Both the position numbers and the translations under genes were made by a program. This document shows, piece by piece, positions 61,690-64,000 of a stretch of 64,000 bases of DNA (the stretch's first letter is position 1; each line of letters begins with the position of its first letter). The DNA is from Neoechinorhynchus agilis (lineage: Eukaryota > Animalia > Acanthocephala): positions 7,852,784 through 7,916,783 of the forward strand of contig CM121341.1 of the NCBI GenBank assembly GCA_051530055.1, given 5' to 3'. A model generated the notes under the pieces. The model was not told the DNA's origin, searched no databases, and was given only the letters and a program-made list of their open reading frames with translations.

Positions 61690-63200
61690 TCGGAGGCGCT
61701 TGAGGAGACAAATTTTAAAGGTGTTGAGCTTGAGAGAGCGATGTCCGAGTCTAATTTCAAGTTTGATTGAAATTGAAGATCCAGAATTCTGAGGGAGGTG
61801 ATTTCGTTGGATGTCATTTGGAAGATCGGGGTAGGATATGAGATTGCGGGCGAGGAAGGATCATTTCGAAGCATTTAGAGAAATTGAGATGGAGTTTGTG
61901 ATTGGTGCAGAAATCTTTCCTGTGTGTGATTTCTTGGTGGTGATTGGGTGATAGATTAGAGGAGTTTGAGGTTGTTTAGGAAAATATTAAAAGGAAGTGG
62001 TGACAGCACAGCACCTTGACGTAAAATTTGGAGAGATTAGGTGAAGGGATTTTTAAATATCGGATTCGTTTGAGGAGACAAATTTTAAAGGTGTTGAGCT
62101 TGAGAGAGAATGATGCCCGAGTCCAATTTCAAGTTTGATTGAAATTGAAGATCCAGAATTCTGAGGGAGGTGATTCGTTGGATGTCATTTGGAAGATCGG
62201 GGGATGATGTAGGGTTGCGGACGAGGAAGGATCATTTCGAAGCATTTAGAGAAATTGAGATGGAGTTTGTGATTGGTGCAGAAATCTTTCCTGTGTGTGA
62301 TTTCTTGGTGGTGATTGGGTGATAGATTAGAGGGGTTTGAGGTTGTTTAGGAAAATATTAAAAGGAAGTGGTGACAGCACAGCACCTTGACGTAAAATTT
62401 GGAGAGATTAGGTGAAGGGATTTTTAAATATCGGATTCGTTTGAGGAGACAAATTTTAAAGGTGTTGAGCTTGAGAGAGTGATGTCCGAGTCTAACTTCA
62501 AGTTTGATTGAAATTGAAGATCCAGAATTCTGAGGGAGGTGATTTCGTTGGATGTCATTTGGAAGATCGGGGTAGGATATGAGATTGCGGGCGAGGAAGG
62601 ATCATTTCGAAGCATTTAGAGAAATTGAGATGGAGTTTGTGATTGGTGCAGAAATCTTTCCTGTGTGTGATTTCTTGGTGGTGATTGGGTGATAGATTAG
62701 AGGGGTTTGAGGTTGTTTAGGAAAATATTAAAAGGAAGTGGTGACAGCACAGCACCTTGATGTACTCCTTTGGTTAGGAATAGGTTGATAAAGGAGGTAG
62801 AACGGCAGTGAATGTGTTGTTTGCGATTGTGAAGATAAGACTCGAGCCAGGGGATCTGCAACAAGTTGAGACCAAAATCGGCGAAGGCCCGGAGAAGGAG
62901 TGAATGGTCCACTGGGTCGAATGCTTTCGATAAATCAAGTTGAATGAGACGGGTGACGTGGGAGGGATTATTGTCGAAGTTTCGTATAAAATGCAAAGTA
63001 GGGCATCGGTTGCAGAAAATTTGTGTCGGAAGCCGAGAGAATTGAAAGAAGGCGAGATTTAAACCATTTTTCGATGATCTTTGAAAGAGCAAGTAGATTG
63101 GACGGAATGATTCGGCCTTGGAAGGGCATGAGACGTAGATGCCATATAAAAAACTGAGGTTTGCGGTAAATTCTAGATCGGGATTTTGTAGAGAGCTTTG
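61690..63200 (-). mobile_element. Second copy of the CR1/L2-like LINE: RT core followed by about 3 tandem 370-bp units
   Basis: LDLSKAFDPVDH...WLESYL.NRKQ...GVHQGAVLSPLPFNIF; repeats nearly identical to 49990-52340. Confidence 0.85.
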
Positions 63201-63353
63201 GGAAGATGTTTGGATATAAGGACACGAAAAATACATGGTTAACCCGTTCATTTGCGAAAAGTCGTAAAACAACACGAAAAATACTTGCACGATTCGTTCG
63301 TTTGACATCTTTTGGCAAAAGTTGCGAAGAAATCGGGGCATCCTCCGTGTGGG

Positions 63354-63433
63354 TGACAGCGGTGGGATTCGAACCCACGCCCTTTCGGACTGGTGCCTAA
63401 AACCAGCGCCTTAGACCACTCGGCCACGCTGCC
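63354..63433 (-). tRNA. tRNA-Leu(TAG)
   Basis: ggcagcg...ctggt-tttaggc-accag anticodon arm, variable arm and ggttcgaatcc. Confidence 0.95.
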
Positions 63434-64000
63434 GGTGACATGAAAGTGGCGAAAATACATAAATCAGTTAAAAGCTTAATAAACCGAGATTAAATCATAC
63501 AGAACTTTGGAATGTATGCAAATTTGTGTAAATTTCACTAAAACTTAAAAGAGAAATTAAGTTGATAAATTGAGTATCGAAAAGATTTGAGTATATTTTT
63601 GATCGCCACAGAACAGGGATTCGAGAACGTGCAATGGATTCAGGTCGTAAATTTTTCGCTCGGGAAAGACTCCTTCCCCATGATAATTTCAAAGCCATTC
63701 CTGAATTATGTGATTAGTCTGGATTTTTCGACTTAAAAGAGAAGTTCACAATATCCACGGACTGCAGTAAAGTTTCATTTCGAAGTTTCCTTTAAATGAA
63801 GAAAAGACGACGTAAATATAAAAGAGTTGATCTAAACATTACTCCAGAAACAAACACAGAACAATGATTATTTATGAAGCTTTAAAAAAGAAGGCTTATT
63901 TAACTTGATTTTCTTTTTTCGTTGAAGTTCAAAATCCGCAGGATCGCTCTTGAGCGACCTTTTTCTTGAAATTTGCCTTTCTGGAAGAGGATGCCTAGCT

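Overview
AT-rich, gene-dense eukaryotic DNA from a ciliated metazoan. Evidence: nidogen-like and boule-like genes, RFX X-boxes upstream of two axonemal genes, and mostly 33-50 nt GT-AG introns. Host genes: ARP4/ACTL6, CCDC103, NOP9-like, MCM2, CFAP299-like, SmB, nidogen-like, a two-domain small HSP, a disabled SLC22, boule-like, MRPL41, RUVBL2, TMEM222, tRNA-Ser(TGA) and tRNA-Leu(TAG). Between them lie six tandem arrays (units of about 155, 357, 304, 120, 170 and 235 bp), a 370-bp array built from a LINE RT fragment, CRE/RTE/CR1-type retrotransposon remnants and a tRNA-headed SINE family. Two things stand out. (1) TIR-bounded DNA elements sit inside coding exons of otherwise well-conserved genes (ARP4, nidogen, possibly CFAP299). 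In ARP4 and nidogen no good canonical splice restores the conserved protein, and in all three a YAG lies exactly 6 nt outside the downstream TIR. This points to non-canonical introner-like removal, DNA excision, or a cluster of dead alleles. (2) Minimal Penelope-type hammerhead ribozymes are dense here, many as inverted pairs, and at least one has a complete core. All assignments come from reading and manual translation; no database searches were run.
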